A DNA stretch of 64,000 nt from Synechococcus sp. (GCA_047284725.1 JBJBEO010000001.1:1336203-1400202); one strand, 5' to 3'; positions 51,450 through 62,197 are shown, counted from the first letter of the stretch. Program-made: numbers and translations. Notes: generated by a model from the sequence alone, not told the origin.

Positions 51450-52451
51450 ATGATGAACGCCCGCACGATCCTGGCGATCCTCACCCTGGCGGTGTTGACC
51501 CTGCTGATCTGGGAACTGCGATGGGTGCTGCTGGTGCTCTTCGGGGCTGTGGTCCTCGCTGTGGCCTTGGATGTGCTGATCCAGCGCCTGCAACGCTTCG
51601 GCCTTTCTCGCCTTTTGGCTCTATCGGTTGTTTTGGTGCTGATGGTGCTGGCCGGAAGTGTGGTGATCCAGTTGCTGGTACCAGAACTGATCGGGCAAGT
51701 GCAGGAACTGAGCACCCTGGTGCCCAGCGTGATCAGCAAGCTCAAATCGCTGGTGGCCAGTGATGCCCGCCTGCAAAGTCTTGAAACCAGCCTGCCGGGC
51801 CAGATCAGCTGGGACAGGATCCAACCGGTGGGCAGCCAACTTCTCGGGTTTGCCGGTGGTGCTGCCAACGGACTCATTCAGCTTCTTCTGATGAGTCTGC
51901 TTGCGGTGCTGATGGTGCTCGATCCGAGCTCTCATCGGCGCATGGTGATTGCGGTCACGCCACGGCCAGCTCGGCCAACGATGAAGCGGCTGCTCGACCA
52001 ATGTCGCCTGGCTCTCGGGGGGTGGCTCGCTGGCATGACCCTCTCGGCCAGCTCAGTGTTCCTGCTCACCTGGCTTGGCCTGTCCTTGCTGAAGGCACCC
52101 CTTGCCTTGCTGAGCGCACTGGTCTGCGGGCTGCTCACCTTCGTACCCACCATTGGCCCCACGGCCGCAACCCTGTTGCCGTTATCGATGGCCCTGCTGG
52201 TGTCACCGACTCTGATGCTTCAGGTTCTGGTGCTTCGCCTCGTACTGCAGAACCTGGAGGCCTTTGTCCTCACGCCGATCCTGTTGCGCCGCACAGTCAA
52301 TCTGCTCCCCACAGTTGCATTGATGGCCCAGCTCAGTCTTGGTGCACTTCTCGGGCTGCCAGGCGTGTTGCTGGCGCTACCCCTCGTTGTGGTGCTCCAA
52401 GTGGGGATGGAGTTAGTCGTTGTTCGCCAGATCATGGATCGCTGGACTTAG
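51450..52451 (+). CDS. AI-2E (UPF0118) family transporter, tandem paralogue
   Basis: TFVPTIGP, LQNLEAFVLTP and GLPGVLLALPL motifs; AGGAG upstream. Confidence 0.88.
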   Translation: MMNARTILAILTLAVLTLLIWELRWVLLVLFGAVVLAVALDVLIQRLQRFGLSRLLALSVVLVLMVLAGSVVIQLLVPELIGQVQELSTLVPSVISKLKSLVASDARLQSLETSLPGQISWDRIQPVGSQLLGFAGGAANGLIQLLLMSLLAVLMVLDPSSHRRMVIAVTPRPARPTMKRLLDQCRLALGGWLAGMTLSASSVFLLTWLGLSLLKAPLALLSALVCGLLTFVPTIGPTAATLLPLSMALLVSPTLMLQVLVLRLVLQNLEAFVLTPILLRRTVNLLPTVALMAQLSLGALLGLPGVLLALPLVVVLQVGMELVVVRQIMDRWT

Positions 52452-52583
52452 CCATCGAATTCGACTGACTCGCGGCAGTGTGGGGGCGGACCGAATCCGA
52501 TGAACTGCTGGCGTTTTTGCTGCCAAGACGACAGAAAAGGAGCTTTCCCAAGTTAAGATGATTTAAGGCAAGGTTATGAACCG

Positions 52584-52724
52584 TTGAATCCGGAGAAACA
52601 GCACCGAAAGCTCGAGAAGCTTCAGCTCAAGGCTGAGGAGTGCTTGACCCGGGAAGAGGCACAAAAAATCATCCGCAAAGCTGAGAAAGCCCACCGCAAG
52701 TTGTCCAAAGGGTTCCATCACTGA
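52584..52724 (+). CDS. 46-aa basic helical micro-protein (not in ORF track)
   Basis: TTG start; MNPEKQHRKLEKLQLKAEECLTREEAQKIIRKAEKAHRKLSKGFHH. Confidence 0.65.
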   Translation: MNPEKQHRKLEKLQLKAEECLTREEAQKIIRKAEKAHRKLSKGFHH

Positions 52725-52879
52725 AGCCTTGTGGCTCTCTCTGCGCATCCGTCCTCAGCCTGCCCGTGGACATTCAACTGACCGCACCGTTCAGCGAAAG
52801 GACGATCGATGGTCGCATCAGAGAGACGGTGGCGGTCAGGGGTCGAATCATCAGCTTCAGCAGCCTCTTGAGCACCACA

Positions 52880-53104
52880 TCAGAGACGCGCTTTGGGACC
52901 GTAACGACGCCACAACGACGGGAACGCAGCAAGCACGACGACCGCTAGAAGGTGGTGGCTGATGGCAAAGCGAATCGAAGTGAAGGTGATGTGATCGATC
53001 AGCAATAGCAACTCCGTGCGCAGATCAAACAAAGCCAGACACAGAAGAAGCAGGGGAAACCAACGTTCCCCTCGCTTGCGAGGTGGAAGAGACTGATCAG
53101 CCAC
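52880..53104 (-). CDS. Small membrane protein downstream of secF
   Basis: GTG start overlapping the secF end; WFPLLLLCLALFDLRTELLLLIDHITFT...HLLAVVVL. Confidence 0.7.
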   Translation of the reverse strand: MADQSLPPRKRGERWFPLLLLCLALFDLRTELLLLIDHITFTSIRFAISHHLLAVVVLAAFPSLWRRYGPKARL

Positions 53105-54062
53105 TGGTGACAGCCCGTGAGCGACTACCGCTCCAGAGCGTGAGCAAGGACGGTGCCAGAGCGATACTCGACCAGCTGCCAACGACCACCCCCAGGGCCA
53201 GAGCGATCGAAAACCAGTAGAGCGTGGAGCCACCAAACAAGATCAGGGCCAGAAGTGGCAACAAGGTGGTGCCACTGGTGTAAAGGGTGCGGGTCAGCGT
53301 TGCCGAAACAGCACGATCGATTTGATCGGTGACCGGCAGATCACTATTTTCACGCTGCCGTTCGCGGATGCGATCAAACACCACCACGGTGTCATTGACC
53401 GAATAGCCAGCGATGGTCAGCAGCGCCACGGCGAACAAACTATTGACCTCAAGCCCGATCCAGAGTCCAAGCCAGGCAAAGATGCCACTGACGATGATCA
53501 CATCGTGAGCCAGTGCAAACAAGGCCAACACGGCATAGCGGCCGTCGTAACGAAAACTGATGTAGATCGCGATCCCTGCAAAGGCCACCAACAAAGAGAT
53601 CAGGCTGCTGGTGAGCAACTGACTGCCAAGGCTCGGACCGATGGTGTCAACCGACTGCCCCTGCACCACAAAGGGCCCTGCCACGGGTGCGACGGCGTCG
53701 ATCACAGCCTGGCTCTGGGACGCTGACAGCGTCGGCAGACGCAAGACAAGCGATTGCCCTCCATCCAGGAACTGCACACGAGCGATGTCGAGATTGGGAG
53801 TGGCCTCGTTGTTATCAGATGGCAGTGGCGCCGCCTTCAAGGCAGTCTGAACAGCATCCACCGGAAGAGGCTGACAGTCATTGCCACACTGCCGTTCCAA
53901 CTGGATCTGGGTGCCGCCGGTAAAATCAAGGCCGGGGCGAAGCGGAGCCTTGATGGAGGGGTTGGTCCAGCAGAGAAGGATGCCGGCAAGGCTGAAGCCG
54001 ACCAGGAGAAGTGAGATCCACCAGACGGTGCGACGGGATCGACTGAGGTTGAGAGCGATCAT
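53097..54062 (-). CDS. secF: Protein translocase subunit SecF
   Basis: GLDFTGG, IGPSLG, HDV, GYSVNDTVVVFDRIRE and TLTRT motifs. Confidence 0.97.
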   Translation of the reverse strand: MIALNLSRSRRTVWWISLLLVGFSLAGILLCWTNPSIKAPLRPGLDFTGGTQIQLERQCGNDCQPLPVDAVQTALKAAPLPSDNNEATPNLDIARVQFLDGGQSLVLRLPTLSASQSQAVIDAVAPVAGPFVVQGQSVDTIGPSLGSQLLTSSLISLLVAFAGIAIYISFRYDGRYAVLALFALAHDVIIVSGIFAWLGLWIGLEVNSLFAVALLTIAGYSVNDTVVVFDRIRERQRENSDLPVTDQIDRAVSATLTRTLYTSGTTLLPLLALILFGGSTLYWFSIALALGVVVGSWSSIALAPSLLTLWSGSRSRAVTSG

Positions 54063-54074
54063 GACTCGAGGGAC

Positions 54075-55550
54075 TCAGGCGGTTTGGGTGGGCAACTGCT
54101 TCTGAGGCAGAAAATTGGTGGCGCGGCGCAAACCCTGATAGCTCATCAAGAAGCGCAGCAAAGTACGGGTGCAGGTCAGGGCCGTGAACAAACTCAGGAC
54201 CACTCCGATGCCCAGAGTTGCCGCAAATCCTTTCACCAGTCCGGTGCCCAGCGTGAACAGAGCTGCGCAACTGATCAAGGTGGTGAGGTGACCATCGATG
54301 ATTGAGGAAAATGCTTGCGAGAAGCCAGTCTCGATCGAACGGATCAAGGTGTTGCCCCGCCTCAGTTCGTCCTTGATGCGTTCGAAAATCAGCACATTGG
54401 CATCAACCGCCATACCGATACTGAGGATGAATCCTGCAATTCCAGGCAGGGTAAGGGTGACGGGAATCAAGGCATAGACCGCCAGGTTGAACAGGGCATA
54501 GAGGCTGAGAGCGATCACCGCCACGAGGCCGGCCAGGCGATAAATCAGCAGCATGAAAACCGCCACCAAGGCAAGTCCTGACAGGGCTGCGATCAAACTG
54601 CGCTGCACATTTTCAGCACCGAGGCTTGGGCCAATCGTGCGCACCTGAAGAATCTTCACCGGCAGAGGCAGGGCACCTCCATTGAGCTGAACTTCCAGCT
54701 CGCGAGCGGTATCTGCATTGAAATTGCCACTGATTTCCGCATTACCACCCGTGATTCCAGCCACCTCATATTGAGAGCTGACACTGGCCTCGCTGATCGG
54801 ACGACCATCGAGAAAAATTCCCAACAGACGACCACTGCCAGCAATCGACTTGGTGAGGCTGGCGAAAGCCTGAGCCCCTTCAGCGTTGAAGGTGAGCGTG
54901 ACGGCCCACGTTGAGGTCTGATCGTTCAGACGACGTCCGGCCCGATCGAGCAACTTGCCGTTGAATGCAGCGGGCTCAAAACGAGCCGCAATGTCTGTGT
55001 TCACTTTTTCAAGCAACTGTTCCAGTTGCTCCTGTTCGTTGCCGGAAGCTCCATCAAGACCCAAGGCCTTCTGCGCCGCAGCCAGCTGCTCGTCACTCAG
55101 AACGGAGTCGGAATCATCCTGCTCTTTGTTTCTTTTCAACTCAAGAATGCTGGTGACCTGATTGCGCAGTTGCAGCAGAGTCTTGATCTCGTCTTCTGTC
55201 CCCTCCTTCTGGGCACGGAACTCAAGCAAGGCTGTCTCGCCAAGCGTCTTGGCTGCCCGGGAAGGATCCGTTTCCCCGGGCAATTCGAGAACCAATTGGT
55301 CATCACCAATGGTCTGAAGCGTGGATTCGGCCACACCCAGTCCATTGACGCGCAGATCAAGAACCGCCTTCACGGACTCCAGTTCCTTGGGCGAGATCTT
55401 GGTGATGTCACCGGCCGGCTGCACCTCGAGGAGAAGCTGACTGCCCCCGCGCAGATCGAGACCCAACTCGAGCGGGAACGTGAACAGGATGGAGCTGGCG
55501 GCAATCGCCAGGGCGAGGATGAGGGCGAACCAGCCCTGCTGTCGTGCCAT
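54075..55550 (-). CDS. secD: Protein translocase subunit SecD
   Basis: LGLDLRGG, RVNGLGVAE, GALPLP, IGPSLG and GMAVDANVLIFERIKDE motifs. Confidence 0.97.
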   Translation of the reverse strand: MARQQGWFALILALAIAASSILFTFPLELGLDLRGGSQLLLEVQPAGDITKISPKELESVKAVLDLRVNGLGVAESTLQTIGDDQLVLELPGETDPSRAAKTLGETALLEFRAQKEGTEDEIKTLLQLRNQVTSILELKRNKEQDDSDSVLSDEQLAAAQKALGLDGASGNEQEQLEQLLEKVNTDIAARFEPAAFNGKLLDRAGRRLNDQTSTWAVTLTFNAEGAQAFASLTKSIAGSGRLLGIFLDGRPISEASVSSQYEVAGITGGNAEISGNFNADTARELEVQLNGGALPLPVKILQVRTIGPSLGAENVQRSLIAALSGLALVAVFMLLIYRLAGLVAVIALSLYALFNLAVYALIPVTLTLPGIAGFILSIGMAVDANVLIFERIKDELRRGNTLIRSIETGFSQAFSSIIDGHLTTLISCAALFTLGTGLVKGFAATLGIGVVLSLFTALTCTRTLLRFLMSYQGLRRATNFLPQKQLPTQTA

Positions 55551-55554
55551 TGCT

Positions 55555-56538
55555 TCAGATCCCCGTACGCACCATCTGCTGAGCGGCCTCGACGATCTGG
55601 TGAGGCTGAATGATCGTCAGGTTCTCGAGATTGCCGTTGTAGGGGGTGGGGATGTCCTGGCTGGAGAGACGCACCGGCCGCTGATCGAGATCGTCAAAGC
55701 AATACTCAGTGATCAGAGCGATCAGTTCAGCACCGATGCCACCTGTCTTCATGCACTCTTCAACCACAATCACCTTGTGGGTTTTGCGGATGGAGCGCGC
55801 GATCGTCTCCATATCAAACGGCTTGAGACTGATCAGATCAATCAGTTCGGCATTGATGCCATCAGCTTCAAGTTGTTCCACGGCCTTCAGGCAATGGTGG
55901 CGCATACGGGAGTAGGTGAGGATTGTGACGTCAGTCCCCTCCTTCACCAGATCAGCCTGATCGAGCGCGCAGACGTAATCACCCGCGGGCAGTTCCTCAC
56001 TGAGGTTGTACAGGAGCACATGCTCGAAGAACAACACGGGGTTGTTGTCACGGATGGCAGCCTTCATCAGGCCCTTGGCATTCGTGGGCGTGCTGCAGGC
56101 CACGATCTTGATCCCTGGCACGGCATGAAAGTACGCCTCAAGCCGCTGGCTGTGCTCCGCTCCGAGCTGACGACCCACACCGCCTGGGCCACGCACCACT
56201 GTTGGAATCGTGAAATTGCCGCCGCTGGTGTAGCGGAGCATGCCCATGTTGTTGGAGATCTGGTTGAAAGCCAGCAGCAGGAAGCCCATGTTCATGCCTT
56301 CGACAATCGGGCGTAGACCCGTCATCGCGGCACCCACGGCCATCCCAGTGAAGGCGTTCTCAGCGATGGGGGTGTCGAGCACCCGCAATTCGCCGTATTT
56401 GTCGTAGAGATCCTTGGTGACCTTGTAGGAGCCGCCGTACTGGCCGACGTCCTCACCCATCACACAAACATGGGCATCCCTGGCCATCTCCTCGTCGATG
56501 GCTTCACGGAGTGCATTGAAGAGAAGCGTCCCTGCCAC
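55555..56538 (-). CDS. pdhB: Pyruvate dehydrogenase E1 beta subunit
   Basis: [27 protein letters not shown] and DLISLKPFD motifs. Confidence 0.97.
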   Translation of the reverse strand: MAGTLLFNALREAIDEEMARDAHVCVMGEDVGQYGGSYKVTKDLYDKYGELRVLDTPIAENAFTGMAVGAAMTGLRPIVEGMNMGFLLLAFNQISNNMGMLRYTSGGNFTIPTVVRGPGGVGRQLGAEHSQRLEAYFHAVPGIKIVACSTPTNAKGLMKAAIRDNNPVLFFEHVLLYNLSEELPAGDYVCALDQADLVKEGTDVTILTYSRMRHHCLKAVEQLEADGINAELIDLISLKPFDMETIARSIRKTHKVIVVEECMKTGGIGAELIALITEYCFDDLDQRPVRLSSQDIPTPYNGNLENLTIIQPHQIVEAAQQMVRTGI

Positions 56539-56600
56539 GGCGTTGCTGAAATCCCGGCCATGCCGGCGTCAGCGGCCAAGCTATCTCAGCCCGTGCTGAA

Positions 56601-56696
56601 TCAGCCCCCGGCTGCAAAGGTTGTGAGCAGCAACACTGACAGCAACAAGCCTGGTGAAAGCAGCAACACGAGCAGGCCGAGGTCGTTGGGGGTCAT
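56601..56696 (-). CDS. 31-aa single-TM micro-protein (Norf4-like)
   Basis: MTPNDLGLLVLLLSPGLLLSVLLLTTFAAGG; sits cleanly in the gap upstream of pdhB. Confidence 0.7.
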   Translation of the reverse strand: MTPNDLGLLVLLLSPGLLLSVLLLTTFAAGG

Positions 56697-56740
56697 CGAA
56701 TCGGCGCCTTGGGTGGCGCTATGGATCCAGTGGTGAAACC

Positions 56741-57112
56741 CTAGGCAGCATCGGGCTGCTCGCCCGTGAAAAGACTGCGAAGAAACACAAGAAACAGGCC
56801 TAGGCCGATGAAGGCGAAGCTGAAGGTGGCCAGAAAGGACATCCCGATCAGCAAGGTCTTCAAAGCTGTGGCGATGCTCTGGCCGATCTGCGAATTGACA
56901 TGGGGTGAGTGGACGGAGAAATAGATCACCATGCGCTTGCTCAACCCCAGGCACAACCAAGCAAGCACCAAACTCGTCACAGAACCGGAGAGAAAGCTGA
57001 GGGGGCCCTTGCGTGGCTTCTGATCGGAGGGTGTGGCCTTCACATCCATCTCATCAGCACTGTTGGCCTTCGCTTCAGGGAATCCTTCGATGTTGCTGTC
57101 TTGCCTGCTCAT
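56741..57112 (-). CDS. DUF3082 family membrane protein
   Basis: PLSFLSG...[27 protein letters not shown]. Confidence 0.85.
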   Translation of the reverse strand: MSRQDSNIEGFPEAKANSADEMDVKATPSDQKPRKGPLSFLSGSVTSLVLAWLCLGLSKRMVIYFSVHSPHVNSQIGQSIATALKTLLIGMSFLATFSFAFIGLGLFLVFLRSLFTGEQPDAA

Positions 57113-58041
57113 GCGGTCAGCTTGACCCCCTCAGGCTGAAACGAACAACTCCAGGCAGCCAGACCAGCCTGCTCAAAGGCCTCTCGGTTCGATGCCAGAG
57201 CTTGCTCAGCCGCACTCCGATCATTGAACAATGCGAAGCAACTAGGGCCAGAACCGCTCATCGCCACGCGCCGCTGGCCAGGAAGTTGCGCCAGGAGCGA
57301 CAGGGCCATCAGCACAGAAGGGGTCTGGGGAGCCACCACGGCCTGGAGGTCATTCCGCAGGGGGGGCACACCATCCGTCTGCATCGAAACCAGCCAGTCG
57401 GCACGCCTCAGAACCTGACGACGCTGTTCAAATGCCGCCTCGCCCGAGAGATAGCGATCAGCCCGCAAGCGACGACATTCGCCATAGGCCCAAGGGGTGG
57501 AGACACTCACGGTTGGATCTTTGACCAAGACCACCCCCAGAGCCGCAGCCCGGGCCGGCGTGGGTTCAAGTCGTTCGCCCCGCCCGAAGCAAAGCTGAAG
57601 CCCCCCAGCCACACAGAAGGGCATGTCGGAGCCGAGTTCCGCTGCCATCACCTCCAGCTGCCGCTGGCCGTGGCCAAGACCCCAGAGGGTGTTGAGCGCC
57701 ACCAGGGCAGCTGCCCCATCACTGGACCCCCCTGCCAAACCGGCACCAATGGGAATGCGCTTGGTCAAGTGGATGGTGGCACCAAGCTCGTTGAATCCCG
57801 AGCGGCTGCGCAACAGCTCAGCGGCGCGGATGATCAGGTTGTCGCTACCGGTACTGAGATCACCCACATCGCAGCTGAGATGAATCTGTCCATCGGCAGT
57901 GTTCTGACAGATCAACTCATCCGCCAGATCAATGCTCTGCATCACCATTGCCAACTCGTGAAAGCCGTCGGCACGCAGGCCAAGCACCTCCAAGTGGAGA
58001 TTGATCTTGGCGGGAGCAAGGACGCGAACCGTGGCCGTCAT
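57109..58041 (-). CDS. ispE: 4-diphosphocytidyl-2-C-methyl-D-erythritol kinase
   Basis: [31 protein letters not shown] and MSGSGP motifs. Confidence 0.97.
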   Translation of the reverse strand: MTATVRVLAPAKINLHLEVLGLRADGFHELAMVMQSIDLADELICQNTADGQIHLSCDVGDLSTGSDNLIIRAAELLRSRSGFNELGATIHLTKRIPIGAGLAGGSSDGAAALVALNTLWGLGHGQRQLEVMAAELGSDMPFCVAGGLQLCFGRGERLEPTPARAAALGVVLVKDPTVSVSTPWAYGECRRLRADRYLSGEAAFEQRRQVLRRADWLVSMQTDGVPPLRNDLQAVVAPQTPSVLMALSLLAQLPGQRRVAMSGSGPSCFALFNDRSAAEQALASNREAFEQAGLAAWSCSFQPEGVKLTA

Positions 58042-58045
58042 CCGT

Positions 58046-58879
58046 TCAAGGGGCGGAGTCGGCTTGATTCAAACCCCTGGCCAAAGCCACCCAGGCCTGT
58101 GGAGCCACCTCCTGCGGTCGTTGCTGCAGGCTGATTCCCACCGCGGCAGCCAGTTCCTGCAGCTGATCAGCAGGACAAACCCCCGCGAGCGTGTTGCGCA
58201 ACATCTTGCGGCGGGCGAGAAACGCTTGTTTCAAGAGCTGTTCAACGCGGCGGGCAATGGCCGGCTCCGGTCGCTGCTCCGCAGGCAGGGGATCCAGGCG
58301 AATCACCTCCGATTGCACTTTCGGCGGTGGCTTAAAGCAGCGGGGAGGCACAGGGCACACGGTGGCGCACCGGGCCAGCAACTGCATGCGCACACTCAGG
58401 GCACTGAAGCTGCTGTGGCCGGCACGGGCCCGGATTCTCTGCGCCACCTCCTGCTGCACCAGCAGCACCAGCCTCTGGTAGGGAGCATCAACCGGACGGT
58501 CCAGTCGTCCCACGAGGCGATCCAGCAACGGTCCGGTGATGTTGTAGGGAATGTTGGCGACCACCTTGGTGGCATCCGCGTTGTCGGGGAGGGTGAGGGG
58601 CACGTCGAGGACGTCCCCCTCACAGAGAGAGAAACGGGGATCAGATCCAAACCGATCACGCAAACCGGCCACCAGATCACGATCGAGTTCGACGGCATGT
58701 ACCGCTGCCGCTTGAGAACGCAGTAAGCGTTCTGTCAGCGCTCCGCGGCCTGGACCCACCTCCAGCACCCGGTCTACAGCTTGCAAGTCAGAGGCCTCCA
58801 GGATCTGATCCAGCACACGTTCATCGCGCAGCCAGTGCTGACCAAAGCGTTTGCGGGCGGTGTGACCGGAGAAGCTCAT
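58046..58879 (-). CDS. rsmA: 16S rRNA m6,2A dimethyltransferase
   Basis: [33 protein letters not shown] and RRKMLRN motifs. Confidence 0.97.
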   Translation of the reverse strand: MSFSGHTARKRFGQHWLRDERVLDQILEASDLQAVDRVLEVGPGRGALTERLLRSQAAAVHAVELDRDLVAGLRDRFGSDPRFSLCEGDVLDVPLTLPDNADATKVVANIPYNITGPLLDRLVGRLDRPVDAPYQRLVLLVQQEVAQRIRARAGHSSFSALSVRMQLLARCATVCPVPPRCFKPPPKVQSEVIRLDPLPAEQRPEPAIARRVEQLLKQAFLARRKMLRNTLAGVCPADQLQELAAAVGISLQQRPQEVAPQAWVALARGLNQADSAP

Positions 58880-58927
58880 GCTTCCAGCGTGAAGGATCGT
58901 CGGCCCCTCTCCACGGAGTCGATCGCG

Positions 58928-59314
58928 TTAGGGGAAATCAGGCATCCATCGCCAACGCACAACGCATGGGTGAGGAGACAGCTGTACCAGTGCGAGCACC
59001 ACCTCCAGGGTTGCTAATTCCCAGAAGGGATGCTCCATTCGCCAGCAGGCGAGCGACCGCGCCAGTCGACGCCGTTTCGCCACTCCGAACGCCGCCACAC
59101 CCCATCCATCTGGCCCGCAGCGACGTCTTGCCTTCACCTCCACCATGAGCAGGCGGGCCTGGGGACGCCCCTCCTTCACCATCACGAGGTCCAGCTCGCC
59201 GTAGCGGCAACGCCACCGCTGGGCCAGACACCGCCAGCCGCAGCTCTCCAGCAGAAACCGGACCTGCTGCTCAGCCCACATGCCCGCGTCCTGGTGATGA
59301 CCACAAGCAGCCAC
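58928..59314 (-). CDS. YraN (UPF0102) family PD-(D/E)xK nuclease-like protein
   Basis: G..AE, RWRCRYGELDLV and VEVKAR motifs; start uncertain. Confidence 0.87.
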   Translation of the reverse strand: MAACGHHQDAGMWAEQQVRFLLESCGWRCLAQRWRCRYGELDLVMVKEGRPQARLLMVEVKARRRCGPDGWGVAAFGVAKRRRLARSLACWRMEHPFWELATLEVVLALVQLSPHPCVVRWRWMPDFP

Positions 59315-59379
59315 AAGAGCACCAAGAACATCAAAGCAAGCATTCCCCAGGTGCCACGTCGTGCCGTGATTCAGCCGTC

Positions 59380-59883
59380 TCAACAGGTCTTGGGGCCAAA
59401 CCGCGCACTCACCGCTGTCACCACAAGACTGGTGGTGATTCCAAGCGACACCTCCAGAAACCGATACAACCCGACCCACCACACCTGAGCCGGATCGGCC
59501 GCCAAGACCACAATCGTGAACGTGACGCCAGCGAAGCGATAGCCGATCAATTCCAGGCGCAACAGGCCGCACAGCCAGCCAAGACCCACCATGGCGCAGC
59601 CGTAAAGCAGCACGTGCATCCCCAGTGCGCTCACCAACCAGGCACCCAGCACCACCCCCAACACCGTTCCCTGCAGCCGTTGCTTCGAGGTTGACCAGGC
59701 AGCGCCCAGCGACGATTGCATCACGATGATCGCCGAAATCGCAGCCCAGTACGACTCGGGAATCCCGATCAGTTCTGCCAGCCCATGGGCAGAGGCGGCG
59801 GCAATCGCCGTGCGCAGCGCATGCCAGAGGTGAGGCGAGGGTGGGAGAACGGCTTGCAGCACCGAAGCGTTGCACGAAGGCAC
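59380..59883 (-). CDS. FUSC / aromatic-acid exporter family membrane protein
   Basis: ALRTAIAA, YWAAISAIIVMQ, RLQGTVLG and RFLEVSLG motifs. Confidence 0.85.
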   Translation of the reverse strand: MPSCNASVLQAVLPPSPHLWHALRTAIAAASAHGLAELIGIPESYWAAISAIIVMQSSLGAAWSTSKQRLQGTVLGVVLGAWLVSALGMHVLLYGCAMVGLGWLCGLLRLELIGYRFAGVTFTIVVLAADPAQVWWVGLYRFLEVSLGITTSLVVTAVSARFGPKTC

Positions 59884-60004
59884 CCATTCTTTCGTTCACC
59901 GCTCTTGACCGCGACGCAACACACGCCCATTCAGGGGCATCGAAGCTTTGGTGGCGCTGGTGACTGCATCAAGCCACCTAGGGTGAAGCGGAGTTCTAGA
60001 TCCC

Positions 60005-60484
60005 TTGATGCGTCGACGCCTGCTGGCTCGCCTGCTCTCCTTCCTTCTGGTGTTCGGGCTACCGCTGCAGCCTGCCCAAGCTGCCATGGATTACGCCAAG
60101 CAGGTGTTGATTGGGGCCGATTTCGCCAACCGCGACATGCAGGGGGTGACCTTCAACCTCACCAACCTGCGGGAAGCCGATCTCTCCGGCAGTGATCTCC
60201 AGGGCGCCAGTCTTTACGGAGCCAAACTGCAAGACGCCGATCTCAGCAACGCCAACCTGCGCGACGCAACGCTGGATTCCGCCGTGCTCGATGGCACCAA
60301 CCTCACCAATGCCGTGCTGGAGGACGCCTTCGCGTTCAACACCCGCTTCATCAATGTGACCATTACCGGCACTGACTTCACCAACGTGCCCTTTCGCGGC
60401 GATGCGCTCAAAACGCTTTGTGCCGTGGCGGAGGGCACCAATCCCATCACCGGCCGTGACACCCGCGACACCCTGGGCTGCTAA
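60005..60484 (+). CDS. Pentapeptide repeat protein with signal peptide (probably lumenal)
   Basis: A(D/N)Lxx repeats; C-terminal LC...GTNPITGRDTRDTLGC. Confidence 0.93.
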   Translation: MMRRRLLARLLSFLLVFGLPLQPAQAAMDYAKQVLIGADFANRDMQGVTFNLTNLREADLSGSDLQGASLYGAKLQDADLSNANLRDATLDSAVLDGTNLTNAVLEDAFAFNTRFINVTITGTDFTNVPFRGDALKTLCAVAEGTNPITGRDTRDTLGC

Positions 60485-60951
60485 TGAGCTTCGATCCCCG
60501 CAGCATGGAGCGACTGCGGCAGTTAGGCCGTGAACTGCCGCAAGCTCTGGCCAAGCCGGAGGCCCCAGCCGCTGCCCCATCTCCCGCCAGTCGACAACGT
60601 CATCGGGTGGAAACCGAAGAGAATCCCCAGGTTCTGTTTCATGAGCTGATGAATGTCAGCGCTGACGGGACAGTGCCGGAGCATCTGCTCGCCCGCTTGA
60701 AGCAGGCTGAGCAGCAAGCCGAAGAGGAGCGCAAACGGCACAACCCTCTGCAGCCACAGACCACGCCATGTGCGGCGGGTGCCACATCAAGCAACGATGG
60801 GGTCCCCTTGCCAGCGCCCCCATCACGCCGCAGCGGGAAAGGCAAAAACACGCAGCCCCGACGCCTTCCCGTTGCCCCCGGCAGCGAAGAGGAAAGCATG
60901 TATGTGGCGTTCGGACAGCTGTTCCTGGAAGACAGCGAGGACGAGGATTGA
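60484..60951 (+). CDS. Conserved hypothetical protein
   Basis: [36 protein letters not shown]; coupled to both neighbours. Confidence 0.8.
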   Translation: MSFDPRSMERLRQLGRELPQALAKPEAPAAAPSPASRQRHRVETEENPQVLFHELMNVSADGTVPEHLLARLKQAEQQAEEERKRHNPLQPQTTPCAAGATSSNDGVPLPAPPSRRSGKGKNTQPRRLPVAPGSEEESMYVAFGQLFLEDSEDED

Positions 60952-61382
60952 ACCCTGCCCGTTGCCGAATCCTTGCGGTGGGAAAGGTCCGCAAGGGGTG
61001 GGTCCAAGAAGGCATTGCCCTTTATCTCAAGCGCCTTCCTGGGCTGACCATCACCGAACTCCGCGACAGCACACCGGACAAGGAAGCCGAGGCGATCCGT
61101 CAGGCCCTGCGCCCCGATGAACTGCCAGTGGTGTTGATGGAACAAGGGAGCACCCTTGATTCCGTGCGGTTCTCTGAGCAGCTCTCCACCTACGGCAGCC
61201 AACGACTGGCCTTCGTGATCGGCGGTGCCGATGGCATCACTGCGGAACTGAAGGCCATAGCGGCCTGGCAGTTATCGCTGTCACCGATGACCTTTCCCCA
61301 CGAACTGGCCCGTCTCCTGCTGCTGGAGCAGCTGTTTCGAGCCCAGTCGATCCGTGCCGGCAGCCCCTATCACCGGGCCTGA
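60948..61382 (+). CDS. rlmH: 23S rRNA pseudouridine-1915 N3-methyltransferase
   Basis: [35 protein letters not shown] and PYHR motifs. Confidence 0.96.
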   Translation: MNPARCRILAVGKVRKGWVQEGIALYLKRLPGLTITELRDSTPDKEAEAIRQALRPDELPVVLMEQGSTLDSVRFSEQLSTYGSQRLAFVIGGADGITAELKAIAAWQLSLSPMTFPHELARLLLLEQLFRAQSIRAGSPYHRA

Positions 61383-61457
61383 ACTGAGCAGAAATGCCCT
61401 CTGGCACCCTGCCAGGCGCCAACGCAGCATGCAGTCATCCGCCTGACGCGATGTGCC

Positions 61458-61646
61458 ATGAATGTGACGACGTTGGCTGACGGTTGCCTCCGGGTCTGTC
61501 TTGAACAGGATGGCTTTGAGTCCTGCTGCGTGGTGTCGAGTCACCATCTGGTGAACACCAAACGAGGCCAGCTGGAGCGGGCCAACCTGCGCCAAGCCGC
61601 CTTGGCGCTGGGACTGCACCTTGATCAAGGTCACCGGCGTGGGTGA
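61458..61646 (+). CDS. Small hypothetical protein (62 aa)
   Basis: DGCLRVCLEQDG..SCCVVSSHHLV; protein-like and non-overlapping. Confidence 0.6.
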   Translation: MNVTTLADGCLRVCLEQDGFESCCVVSSHHLVNTKRGQLERANLRQAALALGLHLDQGHRRG

Positions 61647-61718
61647 ACCAGTCCTTCCCACCAACCCATCGTTGGCTCCAAGGGCCACGCAACGGATGAC
61701 GTCTCTACCGTCTGCCAG

Positions 61719-62168
61719 TCAGCGCGTTTCGGTCTCCATCCAAGCCACCACCGCACGGCAATGGGCGATGTAATCCGCCGCGGGAAGGACGGCTCTGGCC
61801 TGCGCTGTCTGCCAACTCACCACTTCAAAATCACACTCTTGCAGTCCCTTGCGATGGATCAAGGTTGGGGATCGCCAGAGCTCCAGATCCGACGCAGCAT
61901 CCGCCTGCTTTCCCCCGAGCAGCAGCAGTGGCACAGGCCGCAACGCCTGGCCGTCGTAAGGATCGATCCCCTGACAGACATGGCAGGCCGCATCAATCGC
62001 TGCCATCGCTTGATGCACTCGGAACGCGGCCCCACGCTTGCGAGCACGCTTGGTGATCAACACGGCAAGGCGATTGATCATGCGGCCGTAAGCACTCGGT
62101 TCCAGGGTCAGCCACCGCGGCGGCCGCGACAGATGGAGAGTGATCGGCTGGTCCTGCTGCGCCGCCAT
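61719..62168 (-). CDS. Hypothetical protein resembling a degenerate HNH (His-Me finger) domain
   Basis: GIDPYDGQAL...SPTLIH...DFEVVSWQTAQAR..L....YIAHCRAVV pattern. Confidence 0.65.
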   Translation of the reverse strand: MAAQQDQPITLHLSRPPRWLTLEPSAYGRMINRLAVLITKRARKRGAAFRVHQAMAAIDAACHVCQGIDPYDGQALRPVPLLLLGGKQADAASDLELWRSPTLIHRKGLQECDFEVVSWQTAQARAVLPAADYIAHCRAVVAWMETETR

Positions 62169-62197
62169 CCCTGCGAACAGCGTTTGAAACGACAGCC

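Noticed and set aside
50351..52451. AI-2E pair as evidence of AI-2 quorum sensing
   Set aside because: The family is broad (includes Na+/H+ antiporters and uncharacterised permeases) and no luxS/lsr genes are in the window
59315..59899. 323-aa ORF implying a long YraN fusion
   Set aside because: The upstream part is an alternative frame overlapping the FUSC gene; YraN motifs occupy only the last ~130 aa
60110..60390. Periodic sequence that could be mistaken for a repeat array or CRISPR
   Set aside because: It is the coding periodicity of the pentapeptide repeat protein; no identical repeats with unique spacers, and no cas genes in the window
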